Positions 38,453 through 49,147 of a DNA stretch of 64,000 bases are shown here, in pieces. Origin of the DNA: Bacteroidia bacterium (GTDB lineage Bacteria > Bacteroidota > Bacteroidia > NS11-12g > UBA9320); assembly GCA_049115575.1 (NCBI GenBank), contig JAGDZU010000001.1, forward strand, positions 30,851 through 94,850, in the 5' to 3' direction. Under the pieces are notes generated by a model. The model saw only the letters and a program-made list of their open reading frames with translations. It made no database searches and was not told the DNA's origin. How positions within the stretch are numbered: the stretch's first letter is position 1; each line of letters opens with the position of its first letter. The translations under genes were made by a program, and so were the position numbers.

Positions 38453-40477
38453 CTACCAGATCTTGATTTTTAAGGAATCGGGTTTATGCATGGCCTTATT
38501 CTCGCAAGCTCCAAAAGCTTCTTCATAGGGTTTTAAGTTAACCAATGGGCCCAATACTCTGAATTGAGCGGGAGAATGGTTATCGGATTTCAGTCGATAA
38601 ATAAGATCTTCATCTGTGATGTTGCCTTTCCAAATGTTTGCCCAGCCTAAGAAAAAACGCTGCTGCCAGCTAAATCCATCAATATCGTCAGGAAAATTAT
38701 TGTCGTATTGTTTTAGTAAAGCGTCATACGCGAGAGTAACACCTCCAAGATCTGCGATGTTTTCTCCCATGGTCATTTTACCATTCACATACATGCTGTC
38801 TACAGGTGAGTATTCATTATATTGAGCTCCTAATTTGGCAGCCAAAGCTTCAAATTTTTCACGATCTTCTTTAGACCACCAGTTCTTCAAGTTGCCATTC
38901 CAATCATACATGCTTCCCTTATCATCGAATCCATGTGAAAATTCATGACCAATTACAGCTCCAATTCCACCATAATTTATGGCGTAATCAAAGTCTTTAT
39001 GAAAAAAAGGAGGCTGTAATATTCCTGCTGGGAACACTATTTCATTATTGCTTGAACTGTAATACGCGTTCACCATTTGTGGAGTCATATGCCACTCGCT
39101 TCGATCTACTTTTTGCCCCAATTTATCGAGCATTCTATTGTATTCAAAGGTTCTAATTTGAATAATATTTACGGCATAATCTTGAGGCGCAATATTTAGA
39201 GCACTATAGTCTTTCCATTTGTCTGGATATGCCACTTTATAAGTGAAAGAAGATAACTTCTTTTTGGCCTTTTCTTTGGTTTCGTCACTCATCCAATCCA
39301 AGGCTTCAATGCTCTCCTTATAAGCCAAACGCAAGTTTTCAATCATCTCAATAACGTAGGCCTTGCCTTCTTCTGAAAAATTCTCTTTTACATATAATTT
39401 TCCCAGAGGTTCACCTAATAAACGGTTTACAACATTAAAGACACGTTCATTTCTAGGTTTCATTTTCTCAACACCTTTCAATGTACCACTGTAAAATTCA
39501 AAGCGTTTTTGTTCCATTTTTGAGCTGAGATGAGAAGCAAATGATCCTATAGTGTTCCATTTCATGTAGAGCTTCCAATCGCTAACACTGCGCTCTTTAA
39601 ACCAGCTGTTCAAGGCTGTGAAATAAGAAGGGTGAGAAACTATTAAACTGTCAAAACTTCCAAATCCACGCTCTTTTAGAATATGCAATACATCAAGTTG
39701 ATCAAGTTGTTCCGACCAATCTGTCAATGCCATTCTATTGTGTGTAAGCACTGGATCTCTGCGGTCTTCTCTATTCCAGCTAATTTGGGCCAATTCGGTT
39801 TCCAATTCTAAAATGCGGCTTCCTGCTTCTTCGGATAAACCCGATATGGCAAACATTTCATTGATATGTTTAACATATGCTGTTCTAATATCTACGAATT
39901 TCTTTTTATCAGATAGGTAGTAATCTCTATCAGGAAGATTTAAACCAGATTGACTGGCATAAACAGCGTTTATCCTGCTGTCTATCTTATCAGCGCCTAT
40001 ACTAATTCCTATTGGGTTGGATATTCCAATTGAACGCAGCTGGCCAAAGAGTTGCAAGATGTCTGCATGGCTTTGTGCACTTTCTATGCTTTGCAGAAAA
40101 GGCTTGATGGGTTCAAGACCTGCTTGATCCCTTTGAACCGAATCCATACCTGCCAAATACAGGTCTCGGATCATCTGTTCTTCCGAACCTTGGCTAAATT
40201 CTTCAGATGACACCAATTCATCAATGATTTTCATCAACTTTTGTCGATTCTCTTCATAGAGTATATTGAAAGCCATCCATCTGCTCTCGGTTTCAGGGAT
40301 AGGATTATCCTTACGCCAATTACCTATAGCATAATTGTAGAAATCTTCGCATGGATCAACTGAAGGGTCTATATAATTGACATCAAAAGCCTTGATATCT
40401 GTTTCTTCTTTATTTGCTGTATTGTTACATGCCATCAATGAGGCAACAATCAATAATATTGCGATGAATCTTCTCAT
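38453..40477 (-). CDS. pepO: M13 family zinc metalloendopeptidase (neprilysin/PepO-like) lipoprotein
   Basis: HExxH (VIGHEFSHGFD), M13 family size (674 aa), lipoprotein signal (SLMAC). Confidence 0.85.
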   Translation of the reverse strand: MRRFIAILLIVASLMACNNTANKEETDIKAFDVNYIDPSVDPCEDFYNYAIGNWRKDNPIPETESRWMAFNILYEENRQKLMKIIDELVSSEEFSQGSEEQMIRDLYLAGMDSVQRDQAGLEPIKPFLQSIESAQSHADILQLFGQLRSIGISNPIGISIGADKIDSRINAVYASQSGLNLPDRDYYLSDKKKFVDIRTAYVKHINEMFAISGLSEEAGSRILELETELAQISWNREDRRDPVLTHNRMALTDWSEQLDQLDVLHILKERGFGSFDSLIVSHPSYFTALNSWFKERSVSDWKLYMKWNTIGSFASHLSSKMEQKRFEFYSGTLKGVEKMKPRNERVFNVVNRLLGEPLGKLYVKENFSEEGKAYVIEMIENLRLAYKESIEALDWMSDETKEKAKKKLSSFTYKVAYPDKWKDYSALNIAPQDYAVNIIQIRTFEYNRMLDKLGQKVDRSEWHMTPQMVNAYYSSSNNEIVFPAGILQPPFFHKDFDYAINYGGIGAVIGHEFSHGFDDKGSMYDWNGNLKNWWSKEDREKFEALAAKLGAQYNEYSPVDSMYVNGKMTMGENIADLGGVTLAYDALLKQYDNNFPDDIDGFSWQQRFFLGWANIWKGNITDEDLIYRLKSDNHSPAQFRVLGPLVNLKPYEEAFGACENKAMHKPDSLKIKIW

Positions 40478-41256
40478 TATTCTCCTTTAAAGTCTGCTTT
40501 ACGTTTTTCTACAAAGGCAGCCATACCTTCTTTTTGGTCTTCAGTGGCAAACAACATATAGAAGTTTTTCCGTTCAAAGTAAAGTGCCTCTTGCAAGGGT
40601 TGCTCAAAAGCTTTGAGCACAGACTCCTTGGCCATTTGAACGGCAATAGGTGACATGCTCGCTACTTTTTGGGCCATTTTCACAGCTTCACTCAAATAGA
40701 GTTCAATTGGAACCACTTTATTAATCAATCCTATACGCAAGGCTTCATTTGCATCTATGAACTCTCCGGTGAGCACCATTTCCATGGCTTTTACTTTGCC
40801 CACAGCTCTAGGGAGTCTTTGCGTTCCACCAGCTCCTGGCATTACACCTATTTTTATCTCTGGTTGTCCAAATTGTGCTGTTTCACTGGCTATAACCATA
40901 TCGCATTGCATAACCAGTTCACAACCGCCACCTAGGGCAAAACCGCTCACCGCTGCGATCAATGGTTTCTTGGTTTTTCTTATCTGATCCCATGTGCTAA
41001 ACTGGTCTATCTTAAGCATATCTACAGCGGTTTTACCAGCCATTTGCTTGATGTCAGCTCCAGCTGCAAATGCGCGTTCGTTTCCCGTGATTACAATGGC
41101 TCTTACCTGTGGATCATTGTCCAATTCCATCAAGGCTTTTTTGATGTCTAGCATCAATTGAAGGTTTAGAGCATTGAGCTCTTTGGGTCTATTCAGCTGT
41201 ATGAGTGCAACATGCTCTTGATATTGAGCATCCACTTTAATGAATTCATAAGACAT
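40477..41256 (-). CDS. Enoyl-CoA hydratase/isomerase (crotonase family)
   Basis: Crotonase-fold motifs (AFAAGADI, GFALGGGCELVM). Confidence 0.8.
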   Translation of the reverse strand: MSYEFIKVDAQYQEHVALIQLNRPKELNALNLQLMLDIKKALMELDNDPQVRAIVITGNERAFAAGADIKQMAGKTAVDMLKIDQFSTWDQIRKTKKPLIAAVSGFALGGGCELVMQCDMVIASETAQFGQPEIKIGVMPGAGGTQRLPRAVGKVKAMEMVLTGEFIDANEALRIGLINKVVPIELYLSEAVKMAQKVASMSPIAVQMAKESVLKAFEQPLQEALYFERKNFYMLFATEDQKEGMAAFVEKRKADFKGE

Positions 41257-41279
41257 GATGCGAATCTAGGGATTTCGCA

Positions 41280-42131
41280 TCACAGATTATAGGTCAATGC
41301 AAACTTGAATCCGTCTATTTGAATGTCCTCATTGGGTTCTGCAGCATTCCATTCAGGATAGCTTTGATTGAGAACGAAATTTTTAAATATTCCAAGTTCT
41401 AATGAAATAGTCTTCTTGTTTTCCAGAACAAAGGCAAAACCCTGACCTATTCCAATGCCCAAACTGCTTACCACATTTTTTATGTTCTCATCTCCAGTTT
41501 CAAATGGGAAGGGTGCAGGAGGGTTTGAATCATTCACGCTATAATTGGTATAACCAGACCACCGATTAAAATAGAGGTCAATAGGTACATACAGCGCTAG
41601 ATTTCGTTTATAACCGTCATATTGATGCTGGTATCTAAATCCTGCATTCAAATAATTCACAGACTCCAATAGCAGGCCAATTTCAACTTGTGCGCCGAGA
41701 TAATGCTCACGGCCTCTGTATTGTCCAAAGCCTGCCTTCAAAGAGACTGGGATATCGTTGACAACATCCGGAGCGTTCAGGAAATAATCATCTTCAATGA
41801 GGTTTGGTCTCCAATTGAACATAGCTATGCTCGTTCCCACTGAAACTTGCCATCCTTCTGTTCTTCTTTCCTTGACTATGACTGTATCACGATTTCTAAC
41901 GCGGTATGCCTGATCTTCTACAAAGTATTCATAGTCCTGAGCAGTTAAGAAAAACTTCCTACCGGCAGGGTCTACAATTGTTAAGTCACCATCAGTTCCG
42001 TCAAAAAGAATGATTTCTCCTTTTATAACTCTTCCATCGGTCAATTTGACCAAGTCATAAGTCTTTATTTCTTGGGCCAATGCTGTGACTGCAACGGCTA
42101 ATAAGCTTAGTATGGTAGTTTTTAAACGCAT
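41280..42131 (-). CDS. Hypothetical secreted/outer-membrane protein
   Basis: Signal peptide, beta-rich, C-terminal aromatic residue. Confidence 0.35.
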   Translation of the reverse strand: MRLKTTILSLLAVAVTALAQEIKTYDLVKLTDGRVIKGEIILFDGTDGDLTIVDPAGRKFFLTAQDYEYFVEDQAYRVRNRDTVIVKERRTEGWQVSVGTSIAMFNWRPNLIEDDYFLNAPDVVNDIPVSLKAGFGQYRGREHYLGAQVEIGLLLESVNYLNAGFRYQHQYDGYKRNLALYVPIDLYFNRWSGYTNYSVNDSNPPAPFPFETGDENIKNVVSSLGIGIGQGFAFVLENKKTISLELGIFKNFVLNQSYPEWNAAEPNEDIQIDGFKFALTYNL

Positions 42132-42141
42132 TCTTCCTTAT

Positions 42142-43554
42142 TTACTTGCCCCTCCCTTGCACCATGATCAATGCTGTATAGATTAATATTTTGAGGTCTA
42201 ACTGTAGAGAAATATTTTCTAAATATAGAAGGTCATACTGCAACCTCTCAAGCATTTCATCCACATTTTCGGCATAGCCGAACTTCACCTGCCCCCAAGA
42301 GGTGATTCCCGGTTTAACTTTATGAAGTCTCCTATAATGAGGAGCCCTTTGTACGATTTTATCTATATAGAATTGCCTTTCGGGTCTAGGACCTACTAGA
42401 CTCATATCTCCTACAAGCACATTCCAGAACTGAGGAAGCTCATCTAGGCGGGTTTTACGTAAAAATTTGCCTGTTGGGGTAATTCTAGGGTCGTCTTCAC
42501 TAGATAGCTGAGGGCCAGCTAGTTCAGCATCATTTTTCATGCTTCTGAACTTGATAATCTGAAAAGGTTTTCCGTGAATTCCAATGCGTTCTTGCCTAAA
42601 GAATATCGGTCCTTTGGATCCAAGCTTTACAAATAATCCAACAATCATAAAAAATGGAAGACCTATTAAAAGAACCAGACCGGCAAAAACCACATCGAAA
42701 CTTCGTTTAATAAACTTTTGCCATGGCGGCAGTATATCAGTCTCAATTTGAATGAGAATGGCACCAAATACATTGCCCATTTTTACCATTCCAGCAAGAT
42801 GTTGATAGAGGTCAGGAATGATTTTAATAACTACTCTTTCGCTGTTGAGTAAGTTTAATATTCGCGCTATGAACTCTTTATCTTCGTTTTCGGTTGCAAT
42901 TATTACTTCCTTAATTTCATGCTGCTGTATTGCCTCAGACAACTCTTCTAATGTACCTAAATTAGGTAGGTTTTCTACCTCAACATTGTCTTCAGCAACC
43001 AATAGCCTTCCCTTAAAGAAATGTCCTTCAGACTTTCTAGCCGATGAAAGTTCTTCATATATTTTCTTTGCTTTCGGCCCACCACCAATAATAAGCGTAT
43101 TAAAACCTATTCGCCTATGTTGAATCTTATTGGCAATGTTGGAAGACAGTAAGATGCGAAACAAACTGGTTAAACTGAAATGAAGCAAGAATAGTGAGGC
43201 AATTGAACGGTAATAAGAACTGTAATCCCCTATAACATCATCTAATAGTATTAGGAAGAAGAGAATGATGACTCCAACTATAGAAACAGAAAGAACCTGT
43301 AACACTTCCTTCAATCGTGATTTCCTGTATACTGAATTATATAAACCTGAGGTGGTGTACAATCCTATCCAGAAGATGGGTATGAGTGCAATTCCCCAAA
43401 AGAACTTAGGGTCTGTTAAGACCAACTCAAAATGGTCTATAGCAAATTCACCCTCAATGAAACATTTTCTATAAATATAAAATAGTCCCCAGGCTAAGGA
43501 AGCGGCCAGGAAATCAAGAAGAATATATTTTAAAGTGAGAAGCCGGCGGTTCAA
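42142..43554 (-). CDS. Polyprenyl-phosphate glycosylphosphotransferase (WbaP/bacterial sugar transferase family)
   Basis: N-terminal TM helices and a C-terminal sugar-transferase domain (KLGSKGPIFFRQERIGIHGKPFQIIKFRSM ... LPQFWNVLVGDMSLVGPRP). Confidence 0.8.
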   Translation of the reverse strand: MNRRLLTLKYILLDFLAASLAWGLFYIYRKCFIEGEFAIDHFELVLTDPKFFWGIALIPIFWIGLYTTSGLYNSVYRKSRLKEVLQVLSVSIVGVIILFFLILLDDVIGDYSSYYRSIASLFLLHFSLTSLFRILLSSNIANKIQHRRIGFNTLIIGGGPKAKKIYEELSSARKSEGHFFKGRLLVAEDNVEVENLPNLGTLEELSEAIQQHEIKEVIIATENEDKEFIARILNLLNSERVVIKIIPDLYQHLAGMVKMGNVFGAILIQIETDILPPWQKFIKRSFDVVFAGLVLLIGLPFFMIVGLFVKLGSKGPIFFRQERIGIHGKPFQIIKFRSMKNDAELAGPQLSSEDDPRITPTGKFLRKTRLDELPQFWNVLVGDMSLVGPRPERQFYIDKIVQRAPHYRRLHKVKPGITSWGQVKFGYAENVDEMLERLQYDLLYLENISLQLDLKILIYTALIMVQGRGK

Positions 43555-44228
43555 AAATGAATCAACTTAATATTGTCCAAATATACGTTTGCCATTGTAT
43601 CTCCACTACTTTTTAGTGCTCCAAAAAAAACTTTGAAGTCAACTCCTATATATTCCGAGCTGTTCACATCTTCTTTAAGACTCACATATGCTTTCTTCCA
43701 TTCAGAGTTAGAGAAGAAATTTACAATTGGAACGCCGGATACTATACTGCCCGTTATTGGGTATATGCCAGTAACCAACTCCAAATCACTGCGGTAATTG
43801 AATTCGAGATAGATTTCTTGCCCTTGCCTTGGCAGGTCAAAGATTTTATTGCTGCTAAACTCAAACAATTGGTAACCTGTATCTAAAGTGCCTCGAGAAG
43901 AGTATTTATTAATTGTACCATCATAATCAATGACTTTGGATGGATCAGATTCAATGTGCAATGTGTCTACTGTACTATTAGCGCCACTTTTTACTAATGA
44001 GATGGTCTGGTCTTCAAAATCTTCGAGCCATACAAACTGAACTTGGTCTCTATAGGAGGTTATAGGTTTTAGTGTGTCTACAACCCCTGGAATCATTTCT
44101 CTGGTGAACTCAACGCTTTCATAGAAAGGATAAATCACTCTAGAAGAAAAGGAGCCATTCTTTTTAACCCCAGCAATTATGGTGATGTCTTGTTCGCCCT
44201 CTTTTAGAACAGGAATTTGAGCAGGCAT
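43551..44228 (-). CDS. Hypothetical protein, probably a lipoprotein whose true N-terminus lies upstream of the annotated ATG
   Basis: The open frame continues upstream to 44453 and encodes a signal-peptide/lipobox-like segment (LLFLLVGVLSFSSC) with no in-frame ATG. Confidence 0.4.
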   Translation of the reverse strand: MPAQIPVLKEGEQDITIIAGVKKNGSFSSRVIYPFYESVEFTREMIPGVVDTLKPITSYRDQVQFVWLEDFEDQTISLVKSGANSTVDTLHIESDPSKVIDYDGTINKYSSRGTLDTGYQLFEFSSNKIFDLPRQGQEIYLEFNYRSDLELVTGIYPITGSIVSGVPIVNFFSNSEWKKAYVSLKEDVNSSEYIGVDFKVFFGALKSSGDTMANVYLDNIKLIHF

Positions 44229-44416
44229 TTCAAAGGCTCCAATAAATGTACCTCCAACATAAACCCATGCATCAATAATATCGTGTGCAGAACTGCCTTC
44301 GCTGTTATCACCTTTTACATTCAGGTCTATGCTTTCAATATATAGGTAAGAAGGGATTTTCTCATCTTTATCGCAAGATGAAAAGCTAAGTACACCTACT
44401 AAGAAAAGTAGAAGTG

Positions 44417-45355
44417 TTATACGTTGGTGATGAAGTTTCGTTCTAATTGCTCTTTAATTTGTTCCGCTACTGATTTGAGTTGTAAGTATTGACTTATGCC
44501 CGCATCTGTATCAGAGTTTGTTCTTATGCAATGGTAAAACGAATTCAGTTCTTTTTCCAGTATAGATATATAACCGTCGGAATCTTTTGATTGATTGTAG
44601 GTAGTTTTGACACCCCAGTGTTCTTCAGAGTGGTTTTTTTTATCGGCTTGGTTGTTTTGAACCTTAAGCATTTGGTCTAAGTAGTCTATAGAACAATAAG
44701 TGTTATTCTGGAAAAACTTGGTCATATGTTTATTCTTATCGGCAATTTTACTTGCAGATAGATTGGCCACACAACCATTGTAAAACTCAATACGGGCATT
44801 AACTACATCTGGATCTTTATAATAAACACCCACTGCAGTTGCATATACCGATTTTACTTCCGAATTAGATAATTTTAAACTTACATCTATATCGTGAGCC
44901 ATTAAATCATCAATTACAGAAAGTTGAGTTGAGTTTTTATTGAACTTTATAAATCTATTACTATCTATAATTCTTGGAACCAGTGCGTATTTCTCAAGAT
45001 CATTGTAGAAATTGTAAAAGCGCTGTTTTAAGCCTATTTGCAATATAACATCCGCTTCATAGGCCAACATTTCAAGCTTTCTTAAATCTTGTCTAGAGCA
45101 TAAACTTGGACTTTCTATATAAAGGTGCTTTCCACTTCTAATTATAGAGGCCATTTCATCTACTCCTGTCGCAATAGGGTCCAATACTATGCAGAGATCT
45201 ACCTGGTCCAACATATCTTCTAGAGAATTGAAGGCACTAAATTCTTCAATAGAAGATGAATCGTATCCGCCTATAACTTGCACATTATCAATCCCTGAGA
45301 GCAAGTTTAACACCTTTGGTGAAAAGTTTCCAGTACCTATAATTCCTGTTTTCAA
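44417..45355 (-). CDS. Gfo/Idh/MocA-like NAD(P)-dependent oxidoreductase
   Basis: N-terminal Rossmann region MKTGIIGTGNFSPKV..VIGGYD. Confidence 0.5.
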   Translation of the reverse strand: MKTGIIGTGNFSPKVLNLLSGIDNVQVIGGYDSSSIEEFSAFNSLEDMLDQVDLCIVLDPIATGVDEMASIIRSGKHLYIESPSLCSRQDLRKLEMLAYEADVILQIGLKQRFYNFYNDLEKYALVPRIIDSNRFIKFNKNSTQLSVIDDLMAHDIDVSLKLSNSEVKSVYATAVGVYYKDPDVVNARIEFYNGCVANLSASKIADKNKHMTKFFQNNTYCSIDYLDQMLKVQNNQADKKNHSEEHWGVKTTYNQSKDSDGYISILEKELNSFYHCIRTNSDTDAGISQYLQLKSVAEQIKEQLERNFITNV

Positions 45356-45442
45356 ATGATAGATTTCTTGAATACGAAATAATGTTGTTTTTTAGTCGCT
45401 CTAAAAACAATTAAAAAACGGGCGTATCAAATTGTAAACACA

Positions 45443-46096
45443 TTGCTTCAAGATAGCTACAAACACAAAGGTCAACGGAATCAATTAGTTAGAGAGTTAA
45501 AATCTCAAGGGATTCACTCCGAAAAAGTGCTAAAAGCTATAGCTCATTTGCCCAGACATTTCTTCTTTCCAGCAGACTTTGAAGACAAGGCATATGAGAA
45601 CATAGCCTTTCCTATAGATGGCGGCCAGACTATCTCTCAACCTTATACTGTGGCATTCCAAACCCAGCTGCTAGATATAGAACAAGGAGATAAGGTCTTG
45701 GAAATAGGAACGGGTTCAGGATATCAAGCAGCGGTACTTCATATTCTAGGTGCCGAAGTACACAGTGTAGAAACGGTACAGCTATTGCATGAACAATCCA
45801 AAGCGCTGTTTAGCAAGCTGGGTCTAAAAATTCATACTTATTGCAAAGATGGGTCTGAAGGTTTAGCGTCGCAGGCGCCTTTTGACAAGATTATACTTAC
45901 AGCTGCAGCTCCTACCATTAGTAAACTACTCACCGAACAGTTAAAAGTAAACGGCAAACTTGTTGCTCCAGTAGGCAATATGGATGTCCAAAAAATGATA
46001 CTGATCAAAAGAACTGGTGAAAATGAGTACGACAAAAGCGAACACGGCACATTTACCTTTGTTCCTCTCACAGGAACATATGGCTGGAAGATTTAA
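45443..46096 (+). CDS. pcm: Protein-L-isoaspartate O-methyltransferase
   Basis: SAM motif VLEIGTGSGYQAAVL and ISQPYTVA. Confidence 0.85.
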   Translation: MLQDSYKHKGQRNQLVRELKSQGIHSEKVLKAIAHLPRHFFFPADFEDKAYENIAFPIDGGQTISQPYTVAFQTQLLDIEQGDKVLEIGTGSGYQAAVLHILGAEVHSVETVQLLHEQSKALFSKLGLKIHTYCKDGSEGLASQAPFDKIILTAAAPTISKLLTEQLKVNGKLVAPVGNMDVQKMILIKRTGENEYDKSEHGTFTFVPLTGTYGWKI

Positions 46097-47315
46097 ATTC
46101 TTTAAAATACTAATAATCAATCTCTTAATTCTTTCATCTGGCATATATGCTAGTGCTGAAAACTATGTTCAAATTCAAGCCAAATCAGGTGATGGCATAA
46201 GCGTGGTACTCAATAGATATGAGCTTGCCAGCTATAAATGTAATGTCGATAGTTTTTTAAGTTTAAACGGGCTTCAATCCAAAAGTTACCTCATCCTAGA
46301 CAAGAAATATAAATTACCCATATATAAGAGGAGTTATAATGGCACGAGTATTAGAACCACACTGGGTATAAACGATTATCAAAAAGCCCTTCGCATACAG
46401 AAATACAACGAACGTATGCTCGAGCTGGGTTTGCGAGAAAAAGATTTCAGAGAGGATAAAGATTTGTGGGTTCCATTTCACGAATTATACTGCGAGGCTG
46501 ATATAGTGAGAATTAGTTCTTCTGAAACTATAGAAGTAGAAGAAGAGGTAGATGAAGTAGAAGTAGTTGAGAACGTGCTTAGATATGAGAATTTCCCAAT
46601 TATGGGTCCCGATTATGAAAAGACACCTATTCTCTCCAATAAATTAAATAATCACGTTTACTATTTAATCAGCGGGCATGGTGGGCCTGATCCCGGAGCC
46701 ATAGGACATAAAGATGGACATCAGCTCTGTGAGGATGAGTATGCCTATGATGTTACACTGCGATTGGCAAGGAATTTACTACAACACGGTGCCACGGTTT
46801 ATATGATAACCAGAGATACAGATGGTATTAGAGATGAAGAGTATTTGGCTAGTGATAAAGATGAAACCGTTTGGTATAATCAGAAAATTCCTCTGAACCA
46901 CGTGAGAAGATTAAGACAGAGAACAGCAAAAATCAATGAGCTTTATGCAAAGCACAAAAACAGCGGAGCAACTGTTCAAAGAGTTGTAGAAATTCATATT
47001 GATAGTAGATACGAGAATCAGAAGGTAGACATCTTCTTTTATCACTACCCAGGAAGTACTCAAGGTCAAATAATGGCCAACGAGATGCTTGCAACTATTA
47101 AATCAGAGTATGAAGAACATCAAAAAAATAGAGGTTATAGGGGAGTAGTGAAAAGCCGTAACCTTCATACTTTAAGAGAGTCCAGAGCGCCAGCGGTTTA
47201 TATAGAGTTGGGTAATATTACCAACGATTTTGATCAGAAGAGGTTGCTAATTGTAAATAACAGACAGGCCATTGCCAATTGGTTGGCCCAAGGTATTATG
47301 GACCCTAGTCGTTAA
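46080..47315 (+). CDS. N-acetylmuramoyl-L-alanine amidase (Amidase_3) with an N-terminal LysM-like region
   Basis: Signal peptide [26 protein letters not shown], an Amidase_3-like C-terminal domain, and a start that overlaps the pcm stop by 17 nt. The ORF-track start at 46017 is probably spurious. Confidence 0.7.
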   Translation: MAGRFKFFKILIINLLILSSGIYASAENYVQIQAKSGDGISVVLNRYELASYKCNVDSFLSLNGLQSKSYLILDKKYKLPIYKRSYNGTSIRTTLGINDYQKALRIQKYNERMLELGLREKDFREDKDLWVPFHELYCEADIVRISSSETIEVEEEVDEVEVVENVLRYENFPIMGPDYEKTPILSNKLNNHVYYLISGHGGPDPGAIGHKDGHQLCEDEYAYDVTLRLARNLLQHGATVYMITRDTDGIRDEEYLASDKDETVWYNQKIPLNHVRRLRQRTAKINELYAKHKNSGATVQRVVEIHIDSRYENQKVDIFFYHYPGSTQGQIMANEMLATIKSEYEEHQKNRGYRGVVKSRNLHTLRESRAPAVYIELGNITNDFDQKRLLIVNNRQAIANWLAQGIMDPSR

Positions 47316-49095
47316 TCTTAAGAACGGCCATAAAGGCACTTTGAGGAATTTCAACATTACCTACTTGCCTCATTCTTTTCTTTCCCTTTTTCTGCTTTTC
47401 TAGGAGTTTCCTTTTACGAGTGATGTCTCCACCATAACATTTGGCTGTTACATCCTTTCTTAGTGCACGAATAGTTTCACGAGAAATAACCTTAGCTCCA
47501 ATTGCAGCTTGTATTGGAATTTCAAACTGTTGCTTAGGAATGAGATCTTTCAGCTTTTCACATATGCGCTTGCCATAGTAATAGGCCTTGTCTCTGTGAA
47601 TAACAGCGGATAATGCATCCACTGTATTGTGATGAATCAAAATATCCAGTTTAACCAGAGTTGAGGTGCGGTATTCTATAGGGTGATAATCAAAGGAAGC
47701 ATATCCTCTGGATACAGTTTTTAACTTATCATAGAAATCAAATACAACCTCTGCCAAAGGCATGTCAAAAGTTAACTCAACTCTGCTGCTTGTGAGGTAG
47801 ACTTGATTCTTTAGAATCCCGCGTTTCTCAATGCACAAAGTCATAATTGCACCCACATAATCAGAAGAAGTAATGATTTGAGCATTAATGTATGGTTCTT
47901 CCACTCGATCCATATGATTTGGATCTGGCAAATCTGAAGGGTTATTAACCACATTCATGGTGCCATCTTTGGTAAAGGCGTGGTAACTCACATTGGGAAC
48001 GGTAGTAATTACCGTCATATTGAACTCTCTTTCCAATCGTTCTTGGATAATCTCCATATGGAGCATCCCTAGGAATCCGCAACGAAATCCAAAACCTAAT
48101 GCTGAAGACGATTCGGGTTCAAAAACAAGACTGGCGTCATTTAATTGAAGCTTTCCCATTGAATCTCTGAGTTCTTCAAAATCTTCGGTATCTACCGGAT
48201 AAATCCCTGCAAATACCATGGGTTTCACATCTTCAAATCCTTGTATGGCATCTTGAGTTGGATTGTCTACCAATGTAATGGTATCTCCAACTTTCACTTC
48301 TCTGGCTTCTTTTATACCAGAAATAATATAGCCAACATCACCAGTTTTTATACTGTCTTTGGGTTCTTGATTCAACCTCAATACCCCAATTTCATCGGCG
48401 TGATATTCCTTGCCAGTATTAATGAATTTAACGTGGTCACCTTTGTTCAATTCCCCATCCATAATTCTGAAGTAGGCAATGATTCCTCTGAAAGGATTAA
48501 AGACAGAATCAAAAATCAAGGCTTTTAAAGGTGAAGTTGGGTTGCCAGAAGGAGCGGGGACTTTATTAATAATGGCATCCAATATTAAGTCTACACCTAG
48601 ACCAGTCTTACCACTGGCAGGGATAATGTCATCTCTTTCGCAGAGAATGAGTTCTTCGATTTGATCTTTTACCTCCTCAGGCATAGCGCCAGGAAGGTCC
48701 ATTTTATTTAGAATTGGAATAATGGTTAATTCATGTTCCAGAGCTAAATAGAGATTGGAGATGGTTTGAGCCTGAATACCTTGAGCTGCATCAACTATAA
48801 GTAAGGCACCCTCACATGCGGCAATAGACCTAGAAACTTCATAGCTAAAATCCACATGACCTGGAGTGTCTATAAGGTTGAGTACGTAGTCTTCACCCTC
48901 ATGGGTATAATTCATTTGGATGGCGTGCGATTTGATAGTGATTCCTCGCTCTCGCTCCAAATCCATATCATCCAAAGTCTGCTCTTTTATATCGCGATCA
49001 CTCACCGTCCCTGTTTGCTGTAATAAACGATCGGCTAGGGTAGATTTACCATGATCTATATGCGCTATGATGCAGAAATTTCGGATGTTCTCCAT
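47305..49095 (-). CDS. lepA: Elongation factor 4
   Basis: [18 protein letters not shown]1 motif, full-length 596 aa. Confidence 0.95.
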   Translation of the reverse strand: MENIRNFCIIAHIDHGKSTLADRLLQQTGTVSDRDIKEQTLDDMDLERERGITIKSHAIQMNYTHEGEDYVLNLIDTPGHVDFSYEVSRSIAACEGALLIVDAAQGIQAQTISNLYLALEHELTIIPILNKMDLPGAMPEEVKDQIEELILCERDDIIPASGKTGLGVDLILDAIINKVPAPSGNPTSPLKALIFDSVFNPFRGIIAYFRIMDGELNKGDHVKFINTGKEYHADEIGVLRLNQEPKDSIKTGDVGYIISGIKEAREVKVGDTITLVDNPTQDAIQGFEDVKPMVFAGIYPVDTEDFEELRDSMGKLQLNDASLVFEPESSSALGFGFRCGFLGMLHMEIIQERLEREFNMTVITTVPNVSYHAFTKDGTMNVVNNPSDLPDPNHMDRVEEPYINAQIITSSDYVGAIMTLCIEKRGILKNQVYLTSSRVELTFDMPLAEVVFDFYDKLKTVSRGYASFDYHPIEYRTSTLVKLDILIHHNTVDALSAVIHRDKAYYYGKRICEKLKDLIPKQQFEIPIQAAIGAKVISRETIRALRKDVTAKCYGGDITRKRKLLEKQKKGKKRMRQVGNVEIPQSAFMAVLKIND

Positions 49096-49147
49096 TGAGC
49101 TGCAAAAGTAAGAGAATAGCTGATTTGAAATAGCTAAAATTCTATGA

